From an uncultured Candidatus Saccharibacteria bacterium (GTDB lineage: Bacteria > Patescibacteriota > Saccharimonadia > Saccharimonadales > CAZDQS01): a stretch of DNA of 64,000 nucleotides. The stretch is from assembly GCA_964507855.1 (NCBI GenBank), contig CAZDQS010000001.1, positions 230,121-294,120 on the forward strand. The letters run 5' to 3'. How positions within the stretch are numbered: position 1 is the stretch's first letter; each line of letters opens with the position of its first letter. A model generated the notes under the pieces. It saw nothing but the letters and a program-made list of their open reading frames with translations, did no database searches and was not told the DNA's origin. Of this stretch, positions 44,212 to 53,900 are shown piece by piece. The position numbers and the translations under genes were made by a program.

Positions 44212-46224
44212 ATGCATGAGCACCATCACCACCAAGCGGGGCATGAGGGACATCAAGAACATGACAAGCACGCTGGTCATTCGGTAGATATGTTCAAGAG
44301 CAAATTTTGGCTTTCGCTGGTGCTTACCATTCCTGTCCTCGCCTATTCGGAAATGATCCAGAGCTGGCTCGGCTTTGCACCGCCGGCATTTACCGGTTCA
44401 GAACACGTACCGTTCGTATTCAGCACCATCATTTTTCTGTATGGTGGGTTGGTTTTCCTCAAGAGTGCACGGCATGAGTTTGTGACCAGGCGGCCTGGCA
44501 TGATGACGCTGATTAGTATGGCGATCATCGTTGCCTATGGGTATAGCGTGGCGGTGCAGTTCGGCCTGCCGGGCGAGCCGTTCTTTTGGGAGTTGGCCAC
44601 GCTCATAACTATTATGTTGCTCGGACATTGGCTGGAAATGGCATCAGTAGCACGGGCGCAGGGAGCGCTCGAGGCCCTCACGAAGCTTTTGCCTGACAAG
44701 GCGGAAAGACTGGTGCGCGGCAAGCCCCAGCAGGTGTTGGTAAGCGAGTTAAGCGCCGGTGACCTTATCCTGATCCGTCCCGGCACCAGCGTTGCTGCCG
44801 ACGGGGTGGTGGTCGAAGGTGTATCGGCAGTCAACGAAGCGGCAATCACGGGTGAATCAGAGCCAGTGACGAAGGGGGAGGGCGATGAGGTCGTAGCCGG
44901 TACAATCAACCAAAACGGCTCACTCACCATTAAAGTCACCAAGACAGGTGACGACACAACACTTGCAGGCATCATGCGCCTGGTAGCTGAAGCGCAGGCC
45001 TCAAAATCCAATACCCAAGTGCTGGCAGACAAAGCGGCATTTGGACTAACAGTGATCGCGCTTGCGGCTGGTGCGGTAACCTTCCTGGCATGGCTGCTCC
45101 TCAGGGACGCTAACTTCGCACTGGAGCGCATGGTGACGGTACTCATCATTGCCTGCCCGCATGCACTCGGGTTGGCTATACCGCTGGTTGTTTCAATCTC
45201 TACGGCACTGTCGGCGCGTAACGGTCTGCTGGTACGCCAACGGCTGGCGCTTGAATCGGCGCGCGATGTTGAGTGGGTGCTGTTCGACAAGACCGGTACA
45301 CTGACCAAGGGTGAACACGGCGTGACTGATATTTGGCCAGCCAAGGGTTATTCTGAGGAGGAGATTCTCGGTATGGCCGCAAGTCTGGAACAGCACAGCG
45401 AGCATATAGTAGGCAAGGGAATCGTCAGGCATGCCGAAGAGAAGCAGCTCAGCCTACGTAAGGTTACGGGCTTCAGCATCCTGCCTGGTCTCGGAGTTAA
45501 GGGCAAGCTGGGCAGCAGCAACTTTGTCGCAGCCAGCCGTCGGTATATTACGGAACACAAGCTAAGCATACCGGCGGAAATCACTTCCCGCAGCAAGCGG
45601 GCAGCCAAAGAGGGTAAGACAGAGGTGTATCTTATCAAAGGTAATAAGGTCATCGGTGCAATTGCACTTGCCGATATTATCCGCGACGAATCTGTGCAGG
45701 CGATCGATACCTTGCAACTTCTTGGCATCAAGACAGCGATGATCACCGGCGATTCTCAGGAAGTGGCTGACTATGTGGCCAAAAAATTACAAGTGGACCA
45801 GTACTTCGCGGAAGTTCGCCCTGAGGATAAGGCAGCAAAAGTCAAAAAGTTGCAGGCCAGCGGCGCGCGGGTGATGATGGTCGGTGATGGTATCAACGAT
45901 GCACCGGCATTGACCCAAGCTGATATCGGTATTGCCATTGGTGCAGGCACTGACGTGGCTATAAAGTCAGCTGATATTATTCTCGTAAAGAGCGATCCGC
46001 GGGATGTCGTGAAGATAATTCGTCTGTCCAGGGCCGCCTACCGTAAGATGCTTCAAAATCTGGCGTGGGCAACTGGCTACAATATATTGGCAATCCCACT
46101 CGCGGCTGGCGTGCTGTACAGTGCGGGCATAGTTCTAGCACCGGCAGTTGGCGCCGTCCTCATGTCACTTTCGACAGTCATCGTGGCAGCCAATGCACAG
46201 CTGCTGCGCAGGCAAGTGCTGTAG
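44212..46224 (+). CDS. copB: Copper-translocating P1B-type ATPase, CopB-like (His-rich N-terminus, CPH motif)
   Basis: MHEHHHHQAGHEGHQEHDKHAGH, IIACPHALGLA, DKTGTLT, MVGDGINDAP. Confidence 0.9.
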   Translation: MHEHHHHQAGHEGHQEHDKHAGHSVDMFKSKFWLSLVLTIPVLAYSEMIQSWLGFAPPAFTGSEHVPFVFSTIIFLYGGLVFLKSARHEFVTRRPGMMTLISMAIIVAYGYSVAVQFGLPGEPFFWELATLITIMLLGHWLEMASVARAQGALEALTKLLPDKAERLVRGKPQQVLVSELSAGDLILIRPGTSVAADGVVVEGVSAVNEAAITGESEPVTKGEGDEVVAGTINQNGSLTIKVTKTGDDTTLAGIMRLVAEAQASKSNTQVLADKAAFGLTVIALAAGAVTFLAWLLLRDANFALERMVTVLIIACPHALGLAIPLVVSISTALSARNGLLVRQRLALESARDVEWVLFDKTGTLTKGEHGVTDIWPAKGYSEEEILGMAASLEQHSEHIVGKGIVRHAEEKQLSLRKVTGFSILPGLGVKGKLGSSNFVAASRRYITEHKLSIPAEITSRSKRAAKEGKTEVYLIKGNKVIGAIALADIIRDESVQAIDTLQLLGIKTAMITGDSQEVADYVAKKLQVDQYFAEVRPEDKAAKVKKLQASGARVMMVGDGINDAPALTQADIGIAIGAGTDVAIKSADIILVKSDPRDVVKIIRLSRAAYRKMLQNLAWATGYNILAIPLAAGVLYSAGIVLAPAVGAVLMSLSTVIVAANAQLLRRQVL

Positions 46225-46228
46225 AGTG

Positions 46229-46759
46229 TTAGGAAATCAGCCGGTCAAGGACGCTACCAGCACCGTACGAGATAACGGCGGCGGCAACACCAAGACCAAA
46301 TGATTCAAGCGTTGTACGCAAGCGGTTAACCTTGCTGACGTGGCCGCGTACGTAGCCGATGGCTGCAAAGGTGAGGAGCGTCAGAGTGACAGACAGCTCA
46401 AAGGTGTAGTCAATGTTCCAGCCCAAAGCGTAGTCAAGTGTATAGAGAGCGAGCGGTACGAATCCGACGAGGATGAATGACAAGAAGGTGGCTACGGCCG
46501 CACCGAGCGGTGACTCATAATCTTCCTCGCTCATCGTGCCTTTGCTGACCGCCAGTTGCTGGTCGCTCTTCTCGGACAGGAACGAGCCGACTGCCATAGA
46601 GAAGCCATCAGCCAGCACGTTGGCAAAGCCCAGGACGATAATGACATTTTCGCTAAAGCCGGCACCGACAGCACCGGTTACGACGGCAAATGTAGTAACG
46701 GCGCCGTCCATGCCGCCATAAACGAACTCACGTAGGTTGTTTTCAATTTTTTTAAGCAT
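46229..46759 (-). CDS. VIT1/CCC1 family Fe/Mn transporter (short form)
   Basis: EFVYGGMDGAVTTFAVVTG.. plus 5 TM helices. Confidence 0.7.
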   Translation of the reverse strand: MLKKIENNLREFVYGGMDGAVTTFAVVTGAVGAGFSENVIIVLGFANVLADGFSMAVGSFLSEKSDQQLAVSKGTMSEEDYESPLGAAVATFLSFILVGFVPLALYTLDYALGWNIDYTFELSVTLTLLTFAAIGYVRGHVSKVNRLRTTLESFGLGVAAAVISYGAGSVLDRLIS

Positions 46760-46819
46760 GTATATAGTATCTCAGAAATTATGAGTGACTGCAATTACAG
46801 GGGTAGTTGGAGCTACATT

Positions 46820-46852
46820 AAACGGGTACGCATTGTTCTCGCGTACCCGTTT
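46820..46852. terminator. 12-bp perfect hairpin downstream of the surface-protein gene
   Basis: AAACGGGTACGC ATTGTTCTC GCGTACCCGTTT. Confidence 0.5.
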
Positions 46853-46872
46853 GGTCTTTTGAGCGCTAAGCG

Positions 46873-48876
46873 TTATTGCTGCTTTGTCGCGTAGGTGACT
46901 GCACCGATGATACCGATCATGCTTAGTGCAGCAAAGATCGCCACGCTTGCTGAACTGCCGGTGTCAACGAGCGCCTTTACCTCGGCGGCCGGCTGTACTT
47001 TTGGTTGCTCGGGCTGCTTGGGGGGTGTGACCTCGCCGAGGACTTGCGGTTGGAAGTTGCCAAAGTTAGCGATGCAAATCTGGCCATTGAACGATATGAC
47101 CAGCTCATAGCAGTCGCTGCCACTAGGCAAGGTGCGGACCCATCCTTGTTGCTGGCTTTCACATACAAGATATGTGCCCGCAGCCAGGTCATCGAATAGA
47201 TATGCGCCGGAAATGTCTGTTTGGGTAGTAGCAACGAGATTGTTAGGATCGGTTTGTGCGCCATGACCGCCCCGGTATAGGGTTATAGTCCAGCCGGAAA
47301 GTGTGGGCTCGCCTGTGTCGTGCTTGCCGTCGCTGTCGCGGTCATGGAACTTCACACCTTTAATGATTCCTTTTACGGTAGGTAGCGGACCACCACCGCC
47401 TCCGCCATCTTTTTTGTCGTTCTCGAACTTACACTCGACATCTTCGCCCGCCTTCAGTTCTACCCGAAGCGTACGCTTATCAAGGTCGATCCAAACGCGA
47501 TCATCATCGATGTCATCACAGTCAATGTCGTCCAGCTCCCAGCCATCAACTTCTGACTCGGTAACGGTGTACTCGCCGGGTTGTAGGCCGGTGAAGGTAA
47601 TCCGGTCTTGGAGTGTGTCGTCATCGCCATTGTCATCGTCAAGGTAGAATTCGCTCGGGTTCAGGCCACCGGTAGTGGTGAAATGGAAGTCCTGGGGGTC
47701 GCTTGGGTCAGCGTCCTTGCGGATGGTTAATGTTGCTGGTTTTGGCTGCGGTTGATCCTTTTTCTTCTTGTTCACAAAGGTACAGGTAACATCCTGACCA
47801 GCTGCAAGGTTGATGGTCAGCTTGTTCTGGTCAATCTGTACGCCAGTCTGCGTGTCACACTTGATTTCTTTAAGCCTCCAACCGTCTGTTGGTGTTTCGG
47901 TTACGGAGTATTCGCCGGCCTGGAGGTTGCTGAACGTCTTGGTGTCGCTGAGTGCGTTTGTCGTGTCGCCATCGTCATCGAGCAAGAAGTTGCTAAGCCC
48001 GGAGCCAGTTGTAGTGAAAGAGAAGTCCTGTTCGTGATTGGTTGGCTTAGCTCGTTTCTTGATAGTAATTGAGCCGGTAGGCTGAGGGGTCGAGTCCTTT
48101 TGGTTGCAGAGCGTTATGCGGCGTGTCTGGTTTTTGACGATCGTAAAAGCAGCAGGCAGCGTCGTGCCGCTGGGGTTGTCACAGCTGCCCTGACCGGTGG
48201 TGTAGTACCAGCCGACGAAACTGTAACCGTCAACCGCCCCTTCAGTAACAGTATGGTTACCAACCGAAACGTCAGCGACGGTAGACCCCATTGCGCGATT
48301 CGGGGTTTCGCTGTCAAGCCCCCAGGTAAATCCATGCTGGTTGCCGTCGACCCAGCCATTGCCCTCGTTAACTTCTTTGTCGACTTTGAGCGAACCGGTA
48401 TCTGGTGCTGGCTCACCCTCGCAGTGTGAATCACTGATTGTCAGTACAAAATTGCCTTGTCCATTTCCAGTGTAGTCAAAGGTAACTGAAGCAGACGTTA
48501 CGGTGTCCGGCACCGGCCGGGTGACATTAAAGTGCATAGCACCGTTGCCACCACCGCCTGGGAAGGTGCCAGCCGTAGAGGTAGTTGAGCCGCTTTGGTA
48601 GGTGACATCCAGTTCGCCGGAGAGGAGCGTGTTATTTCCGCCAGGAGTGAGAATCCAGTGCCAATGAGAGGTTTGGCCGTCTTGGCAGCCTGGGTTGGCG
48701 TTCTCGGAGCCGTTGCCTGACCACTGTATAGTTTTGGTTGTTGGCGTATCGCTGCCGCCATCTGCTGACACAACAGGAGCTGCAAATACGAGTTGGCTGC
48801 TGGCCAGCAGGGCAGCCATAAATGCACTTACGATTCGTTTTGGTATCCTCGGCCGCTTCAGCTGGAACATAGACAC
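46873..48876 (-). CDS. Sortase-anchored surface protein with tandem SpaA/prealbumin-fold and SdrD-B-like domains
   Basis: Signal peptide. Two repeats of about 105 aa (..DFSFTTTG../..DFHFTTTG..). C-terminal LVDTG + hydrophobic helix + KQQ tail. AAGGAG RBS. Confidence 0.8.
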   Translation of the reverse strand: MSMFQLKRPRIPKRIVSAFMAALLASSQLVFAAPVVSADGGSDTPTTKTIQWSGNGSENANPGCQDGQTSHWHWILTPGGNNTLLSGELDVTYQSGSTTSTAGTFPGGGGNGAMHFNVTRPVPDTVTSASVTFDYTGNGQGNFVLTISDSHCEGEPAPDTGSLKVDKEVNEGNGWVDGNQHGFTWGLDSETPNRAMGSTVADVSVGNHTVTEGAVDGYSFVGWYYTTGQGSCDNPSGTTLPAAFTIVKNQTRRITLCNQKDSTPQPTGSITIKKRAKPTNHEQDFSFTTTGSGLSNFLLDDDGDTTNALSDTKTFSNLQAGEYSVTETPTDGWRLKEIKCDTQTGVQIDQNKLTINLAAGQDVTCTFVNKKKKDQPQPKPATLTIRKDADPSDPQDFHFTTTGGLNPSEFYLDDDNGDDDTLQDRITFTGLQPGEYTVTESEVDGWELDDIDCDDIDDDRVWIDLDKRTLRVELKAGEDVECKFENDKKDGGGGGGPLPTVKGIIKGVKFHDRDSDGKHDTGEPTLSGWTITLYRGGHGAQTDPNNLVATTQTDISGAYLFDDLAAGTYLVCESQQQGWVRTLPSGSDCYELVISFNGQICIANFGNFQPQVLGEVTPPKQPEQPKVQPAAEVKALVDTGSSASVAIFAALSMIGIIGAVTYATKQQ

Positions 48877-49044
48877 TCCTTCACGTTATTAATGTTAATA
48901 TTCCTAAACGTTGGCCTTTGCTTTTACTATAGAAAATCTCACACCACGGATATTTGTTTACTGAACTTAATTATTAACCAAAATAACAGCTGCGCAAGTA
49001 CTTTGTTTAAGTAAGCCCAAAGCGCAACGGCTTATAATAGTGGT

Positions 49045-49629
49045 GTGGCGAGACGTTTCCTCCGGCTAAAAGTCTTTAACGATATCCTGACGGTCCTGAA
49101 TATCGGGCTGGCAGTGTATATCTTAGTGTTTCCGTTTCTGCCAAACCTCAAGTGGTGGGTGCAGCATGACGCACCAATACGTATAGGTGCTCCGGCTCAG
49201 GTTACGGTGCCTACAAGCGGCAGCGTAGAGATTGATAATACGCTGTTTATCCCATCAATTGGCCTGACAGAAGTAGTCCATGAAGGAAATCATCCCAGCA
49301 TGTTGGACCAGGGCGCCTGGCGTCGGCCGCAGACCAGTATGCCGGATGGGGGCAGCAATACGGTAATTGTTGCTCACCGCTTTGCATACGGAGGCGGTGG
49401 CGGAGTGTTTTATCACCTTGATAAAGTAAATAAAGAAGATGCAGTCGCGGTGCATTGGGAGGGCAAAACGTACATGTATAAGGTTGTCGACAAACGCGTT
49501 GTGCCGGCCACAGCTGTCGAGGTAGAGGCGTCAACCGAGGAGCAAACACTGACGCTCTATACCTGCACACCGCTCTGGAACCCGAAAGACCGCTTGGTTA
49601 TCACGGCACGGCTAACGGAGGTTTTATAG
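49045..49629 (+). CDS. Sortase (transpeptidase)
   Basis: N-terminal TM helix; VIVAHRF (His), TLYTCTP (TLxTC Cys), VITARL (Arg). GTG start 6 nt after TATAAT. Confidence 0.8.
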   Translation: MARRFLRLKVFNDILTVLNIGLAVYILVFPFLPNLKWWVQHDAPIRIGAPAQVTVPTSGSVEIDNTLFIPSIGLTEVVHEGNHPSMLDQGAWRRPQTSMPDGGSNTVIVAHRFAYGGGGGVFYHLDKVNKEDAVAVHWEGKTYMYKVVDKRVVPATAVEVEASTEEQTLTLYTCTPLWNPKDRLVITARLTEVL

Positions 49630-49630
49630 G

Positions 49631-49744
49631 ATGAAAGAATGGCACCGGACGGTAGTATTAGTCGCAGTGCTTATCTTTGCGCTCGTATTCATCTACTGGA
49701 TGCAGCATTCGTACGACACAAACTTCGTCGACTCGTTACGGTAA
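49631..49744 (+). CDS. Small single-TM protein (37 aa)
   Basis: Own translation MKEWHRTVVLVAVLIFALVFIYWMQHSYDTNFVDSLR*. GGAGG 12 nt upstream, inside the sortase 3' end. Confidence 0.35.
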   Translation: MKEWHRTVVLVAVLIFALVFIYWMQHSYDTNFVDSLR

Positions 49745-49750
49745 GCCAGC

Positions 49751-51271
49751 TTACAGTTCGTGAATGACGGTGATGCGAGCCCCGAGGGAGTTCAGCCGGG
49801 CGGCCAGGTCCTCGTAGCCGCGGTTGATGGAGTAGACGTTCCGGAGCATTGAGACGCCTGGTGCGACCATCATGGCTATCAGCAGCAAGGTCGCGGGGCG
49901 CAGCGCTGGCGGACAGACGACGTCGGCAGCACTGAAACGGGTCGGGCCGTCAATATAGGCGCGGTGCGGATCGGCAAGTGTGATGTTGGCGCCCAGTTTG
50001 CGCAGCTCGGTGTAGTAGAGCGCCCGTTCTTCATACACCCAGTCGTGAATAAGCGTGCGGCCCTTGGCCACGGCTGCAATTGGGACAAAGTAGGGAAGAT
50101 TGTCGATGTTTAGGCCAGGGAAGGGTCGGGCGTAGATCTTCTCTTCAAGCGCGACGAGGTTGCCGTCGTGCTTGTGGATGGTGATGTCAGCCAGGTTGGT
50201 GTGGCCGTTGTCTGCCTTATAGTACGGCGAGACGTCGTGCTTCAGGCCCATTTTCGCAAGCTTCATGAGTTCCAGCTCGAGGAATTCAATTGGCGCCCGG
50301 CAGACGGTGATTTGCGAATTGGTCGTCACGGCCGCGGCAATGAAAGTCATCGCCTCGACTGGATCTTCGCTCGGGTAGTAGGTGACGTTTTTCTTGATCT
50401 CTTTGACGCCGCGGATACGGAGCGTGGTCGTACCGATGCCTTCGATCTTGACGCCGAGCTTTTTCAGGAAGAAGCACAGGTCCTGGACCATGTAGTTGGC
50501 GCTGGCCATCTTAATGACCGTTTCTTGCTCGAAGCGGGCAGCAGCCATGATAGCGTTTTCGGTTGTGGTGTCACCTGATTCATAGAGCACAATTTGTTCA
50601 GGGTGCTTTTTGTTGACGGATACATGGTAAAAGCCGGTTTTGGCAACAATATCGACACCAAATTCTTCCAATGCATAGAGGTGCGGCTTGACGGTGCGTG
50701 TGCCAAGCTTGCAGCCGCCCGCGTAGGGGATCTTGAAGTCTTTCATAAGGTGCATCATCGGGCCGAGCATCATGAGCACGCTACGGGTTTTGCGGGCAGC
50801 TGTGCTGTTTATCTTGGACATGGTAAATTCGGCCGGCGGCTTGATCTCAAGGTCGTTGCCGGGCAGCCACTTGGTATGGACACCAATGCTGTTCAGTACC
50901 TCAATAATGCGGTTGACTTCTTCAATCCGTGGCATTGATTTGAGCCGGGTTGTGCCTTTGTTCAGTAGCGAGGCGAAGAGCAGACAAACAGCAGCGTTCT
51001 TGGAGACTTTTGTCGTTATGGTGCCGTGGAGCTCCTGTCCGCCTTCGATCCGCAGGTTCACGGCCCCGCCGGAAATACTGATAATCTGCTTGTTGAGCGC
51101 ATCGCTGATGCGGGCGAGGGTCTCAAGACTGAGGTTTTGCTTGCCATGCTCAATGCGGTTGACGGCTGATTGGCTGGTGCCGAGACGGCGGGCAAACTCT
51201 GCTTGTGTCAGGCCACGTTCTTGCCTTATTTGATAAATTAACTGTCCAATTTTCTCATTCGTAGTGCTCAT
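49751..51271 (-). CDS. murA: UDP-N-acetylglucosamine 1-carboxyvinyltransferase MurA with N-terminal XRE-type HTH domain
   Basis: ATG at 51271 lies 7 nt after TATAAT. HTH IRQERGLTQAEFARRLGTSQSAVNRIEHG. MurA body KVSKNAAV.., catalytic-loop GGCKLGTRTVKPH. Confidence 0.85.
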   Translation of the reverse strand: MSTTNEKIGQLIYQIRQERGLTQAEFARRLGTSQSAVNRIEHGKQNLSLETLARISDALNKQIISISGGAVNLRIEGGQELHGTITTKVSKNAAVCLLFASLLNKGTTRLKSMPRIEEVNRIIEVLNSIGVHTKWLPGNDLEIKPPAEFTMSKINSTAARKTRSVLMMLGPMMHLMKDFKIPYAGGCKLGTRTVKPHLYALEEFGVDIVAKTGFYHVSVNKKHPEQIVLYESGDTTTENAIMAAARFEQETVIKMASANYMVQDLCFFLKKLGVKIEGIGTTTLRIRGVKEIKKNVTYYPSEDPVEAMTFIAAAVTTNSQITVCRAPIEFLELELMKLAKMGLKHDVSPYYKADNGHTNLADITIHKHDGNLVALEEKIYARPFPGLNIDNLPYFVPIAAVAKGRTLIHDWVYEERALYYTELRKLGANITLADPHRAYIDGPTRFSAADVVCPPALRPATLLLIAMMVAPGVSMLRNVYSINRGYEDLAARLNSLGARITVIHEL

Positions 51272-51351
51272 GCAAAACATTATATATCGCAAACGGTATT
51301 TTGCTAGTACTTTTTGGGGTTTTGCCTGTGGATAGGTAGAATGAGATTATG

Positions 51352-51391
51352 TTGTAGCACAGCCAAACGATTAGACGTATTGTAGCACAGC
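51352..51391 (+). promoter_or_regulatory. Perfect 12-nt direct repeat TTGTAGCACAGC x2 in the glyA 5' region
   Basis: Copies at 51352-51363 and 51380-51391 (28 bp start to start), downstream of a TAGAAT box at 51336-51341. Confidence 0.3.
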
Positions 51392-51429
51392 GAATACCAG
51401 TTATGTGGCGTAATGACAGGAGCAGGTCA

Positions 51430-52707
51430 ATGGCAGATACGAAAATACAACAGTTGATCAAAGACGAAGAACAGCGGCAGCGCGAAGGATTGGAGTTGAT
51501 TCCAAGCGAGAACTACGTGAGCCGGCCGGTGCTTGAGGCGCTCGGCAGCGTGTACACCAATAAATATTCCGAGGGCTATCCGGGCCGGCGGTACTACGGC
51601 GGCCAGGAATTTACGGACCAGGTAGAGCAGCTGGCGATTGACCGGGCTAAGCAGCTCTTTGGTGCAGACCATGCCAATGTGCAGCCGCACTCCGGCGCAC
51701 CGGCAAATGTCGCCGTGTACTTCGCTTGGCTTGAGCCAGGGGATACGGTCATGGGCATGAAGCTCGATCAGGGCGGGCACTTGACGCACGGTCACCCCGT
51801 GACGACGATGGCCAAGCTTTATAACTTTGTGCGTTACGGCATGAAGGATCCGGAGACGGGCGAGATTGACTATGACGAGATGCGCGAGATTGCGCTTAAA
51901 GAAAAGCCGAAAATTATTCTTGCCGGCTTCAGTGGCTATCCGCGTAATTTGGACTATGCCAAGTTCGCTGAGATTGGCAACGAAGTTGGGGCGATGCTGA
52001 TGGCTGACATGGCGCATATCGCCGGGCTGATTGCGGGCAAGGCCTTGCCAAATCCGTTTGACTACGGCTTCCACGTAATAACAACAACGACGCACAAGAC
52101 CTTGCGCGGTCCGCGCGGCGGCATGATTCTTTCTAAGGGTAAGGTGGGTAATCCGTTGAAGGCGCCAGATAAGACGCTGGAAAACTTGCCAACACTGATT
52201 GACCGCGAAGTCTTCCCAGGCTTCCAGGGCGGGCCGCACATGAATAATACGGCTGCCAAAGCAGTTGCTCTCGGCGAGGCGCTGCAGCCGGAGTTTCAGG
52301 ACTACGCACAACAAGTATTGAAGAACGCCAAACGGCTAGCTGACGAGCTGATGAAGCGCGGGTTCAAGCTGGTCACGAACGGCACAGACAACCACCTGAT
52401 CCAAGTTGACATGATGACGTCTTACAAGGTCAACGGGCGAGAAGCGCAAGACGTGCTCGACAAGATTGGCCTCAGCGCAAACTGCAACTCCATTCCTGAT
52501 GATCCGTTGCCGCCGTTTAGGCCAAGCGGGCTGCGACTCGGTACGCCGGCGATTACCACACGCGGCCTGCGCGAAGAGCATATGGATATACTTGCTGAGT
52601 GGATGCAAAAGGCTATAGAGGGTCGAAATAATGAGAAAGTACTTAACGCGTTAAGTAAAGAAGTAAAAGAACTTGCGACGCAATTCCCGCTCCCGAGTGA
52701 CAGCTAA
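51430..52707 (+). CDS. glyA: Serine hydroxymethyltransferase GlyA
   Basis: LELIPSENY, TNKYSEGYPGRRYYGG, TTTTHKTLRGPRGG. Confidence 0.97.
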   Translation: MADTKIQQLIKDEEQRQREGLELIPSENYVSRPVLEALGSVYTNKYSEGYPGRRYYGGQEFTDQVEQLAIDRAKQLFGADHANVQPHSGAPANVAVYFAWLEPGDTVMGMKLDQGGHLTHGHPVTTMAKLYNFVRYGMKDPETGEIDYDEMREIALKEKPKIILAGFSGYPRNLDYAKFAEIGNEVGAMLMADMAHIAGLIAGKALPNPFDYGFHVITTTTHKTLRGPRGGMILSKGKVGNPLKAPDKTLENLPTLIDREVFPGFQGGPHMNNTAAKAVALGEALQPEFQDYAQQVLKNAKRLADELMKRGFKLVTNGTDNHLIQVDMMTSYKVNGREAQDVLDKIGLSANCNSIPDDPLPPFRPSGLRLGTPAITTRGLREEHMDILAEWMQKAIEGRNNEKVLNALSKEVKELATQFPLPSDS

Positions 52708-52753
52708 AATTACTTAACAAGTTAAGTTTCTTGGGCGACCGAAATTCCCAAAC

Positions 52754-53836
52754 TTATTCAGCTGGGATATAAACAGGCACAGATGCCTCACATTCAAAGT
52801 GGGATGGTTGTTCCCAGGCATCGAGATATGCTGGTGTTGTTACTAACTGCGCCGCTCCCGTAGTGAATCCTGTACCTTTATTTACCATAGTGCCTTGTTC
52901 ATCCTGGTCGATAATCTCGTCATACTCTTCGCCATCGGCAGAGCTGCCGGTAATAGTCAGATAGAGGTCACCGGAAGTAGTATCAAAAGCATAGCTTTTC
53001 TGAAGCTCATCCGTACTCGTACGGAAGGAAGACCCCTCGGTGACGACTGCTGCCACTTTGCCCTCTGGCGTTACTATCGGTGCGCCGCTCATGCCGGAAA
53101 CGACGTCATCGTGCTCGTCTTCTCCTATGCCAGTAATCAAGTGAATGCGATCGCCCATTCTGTGCTGAACGATTACAGGGAAAACAACAGCCTCATCGAA
53201 GCTCGTTCCGTCCTTTGGCGCGACTACGTAGAGTACATCGCCAGGCTCTGTGAAGCTCGAGTCGAACTCATACTCAAGCGAAGTCTGCTTGGGTGATAGA
53301 TTGTCAACGCTGATGTTGGCAATATCTGTCGTTGGGGAGACTACTTCATCTAGCTCGATCTTGCCCCTGCTATAGAGTTTGCGGGTGATATCAAAATCAC
53401 CGTCGTACGCTGCACTTCGTCCGAATACCTCGACATCTCCGTGGCGAGGGAAAACAAATATATCCGAACATGGCGGTAGGTATGCACCGTCAGGCCAAAG
53501 CTCAGATATGACATGCCCGGCCGTCAGCACGCTACCGATACGATCCCGCGTCTCGCCCGCCATAACTCCACTACCTTGGTGGTAGTCTGCGGTGGCTATT
53601 CGTACCAGCGAAGCCACGGTGCGTTGTGCTATTTTTTCGGCAAGCGGGGGAATGGCGCTAATATCAACCTGGACTTCTGGCATGGAGGAGATTGATACGT
53701 CGTCGTAGTCGTAACTATCTGCACCAACTTCATAAAGAGCAGGCTGGCTGGTCCCGCCTTCTCGTTCAGCGCCCATGCAGCCCGTGGATAGAAGCGCAGT
53801 TGCAATAACAGAGGCAGAACCTCGTCCAAAACGCAT
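52754..53836 (-). CDS. Lipoprotein-type trypsin-like serine peptidase
   Basis: LLSTGC lipobox-like signal; TAGHV (His), SGMSGAPIV (Ser). ATG lies 8 nt after TGgCATAGT. Confidence 0.6.
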   Translation of the reverse strand: MRFGRGSASVIATALLSTGCMGAEREGGTSQPALYEVGADSYDYDDVSISSMPEVQVDISAIPPLAEKIAQRTVASLVRIATADYHQGSGVMAGETRDRIGSVLTAGHVISELWPDGAYLPPCSDIFVFPRHGDVEVFGRSAAYDGDFDITRKLYSRGKIELDEVVSPTTDIANISVDNLSPKQTSLEYEFDSSFTEPGDVLYVVAPKDGTSFDEAVVFPVIVQHRMGDRIHLITGIGEDEHDDVVSGMSGAPIVTPEGKVAAVVTEGSSFRTSTDELQKSYAFDTTSGDLYLTITGSSADGEEYDEIIDQDEQGTMVNKGTGFTTGAAQLVTTPAYLDAWEQPSHFECEASVPVYIPAE

Positions 53837-53900
53837 AATCCGTTACTATGCCAATATCTATACGTATTGTCAATAATTAAGGGAGATATATCTAGGCTAG

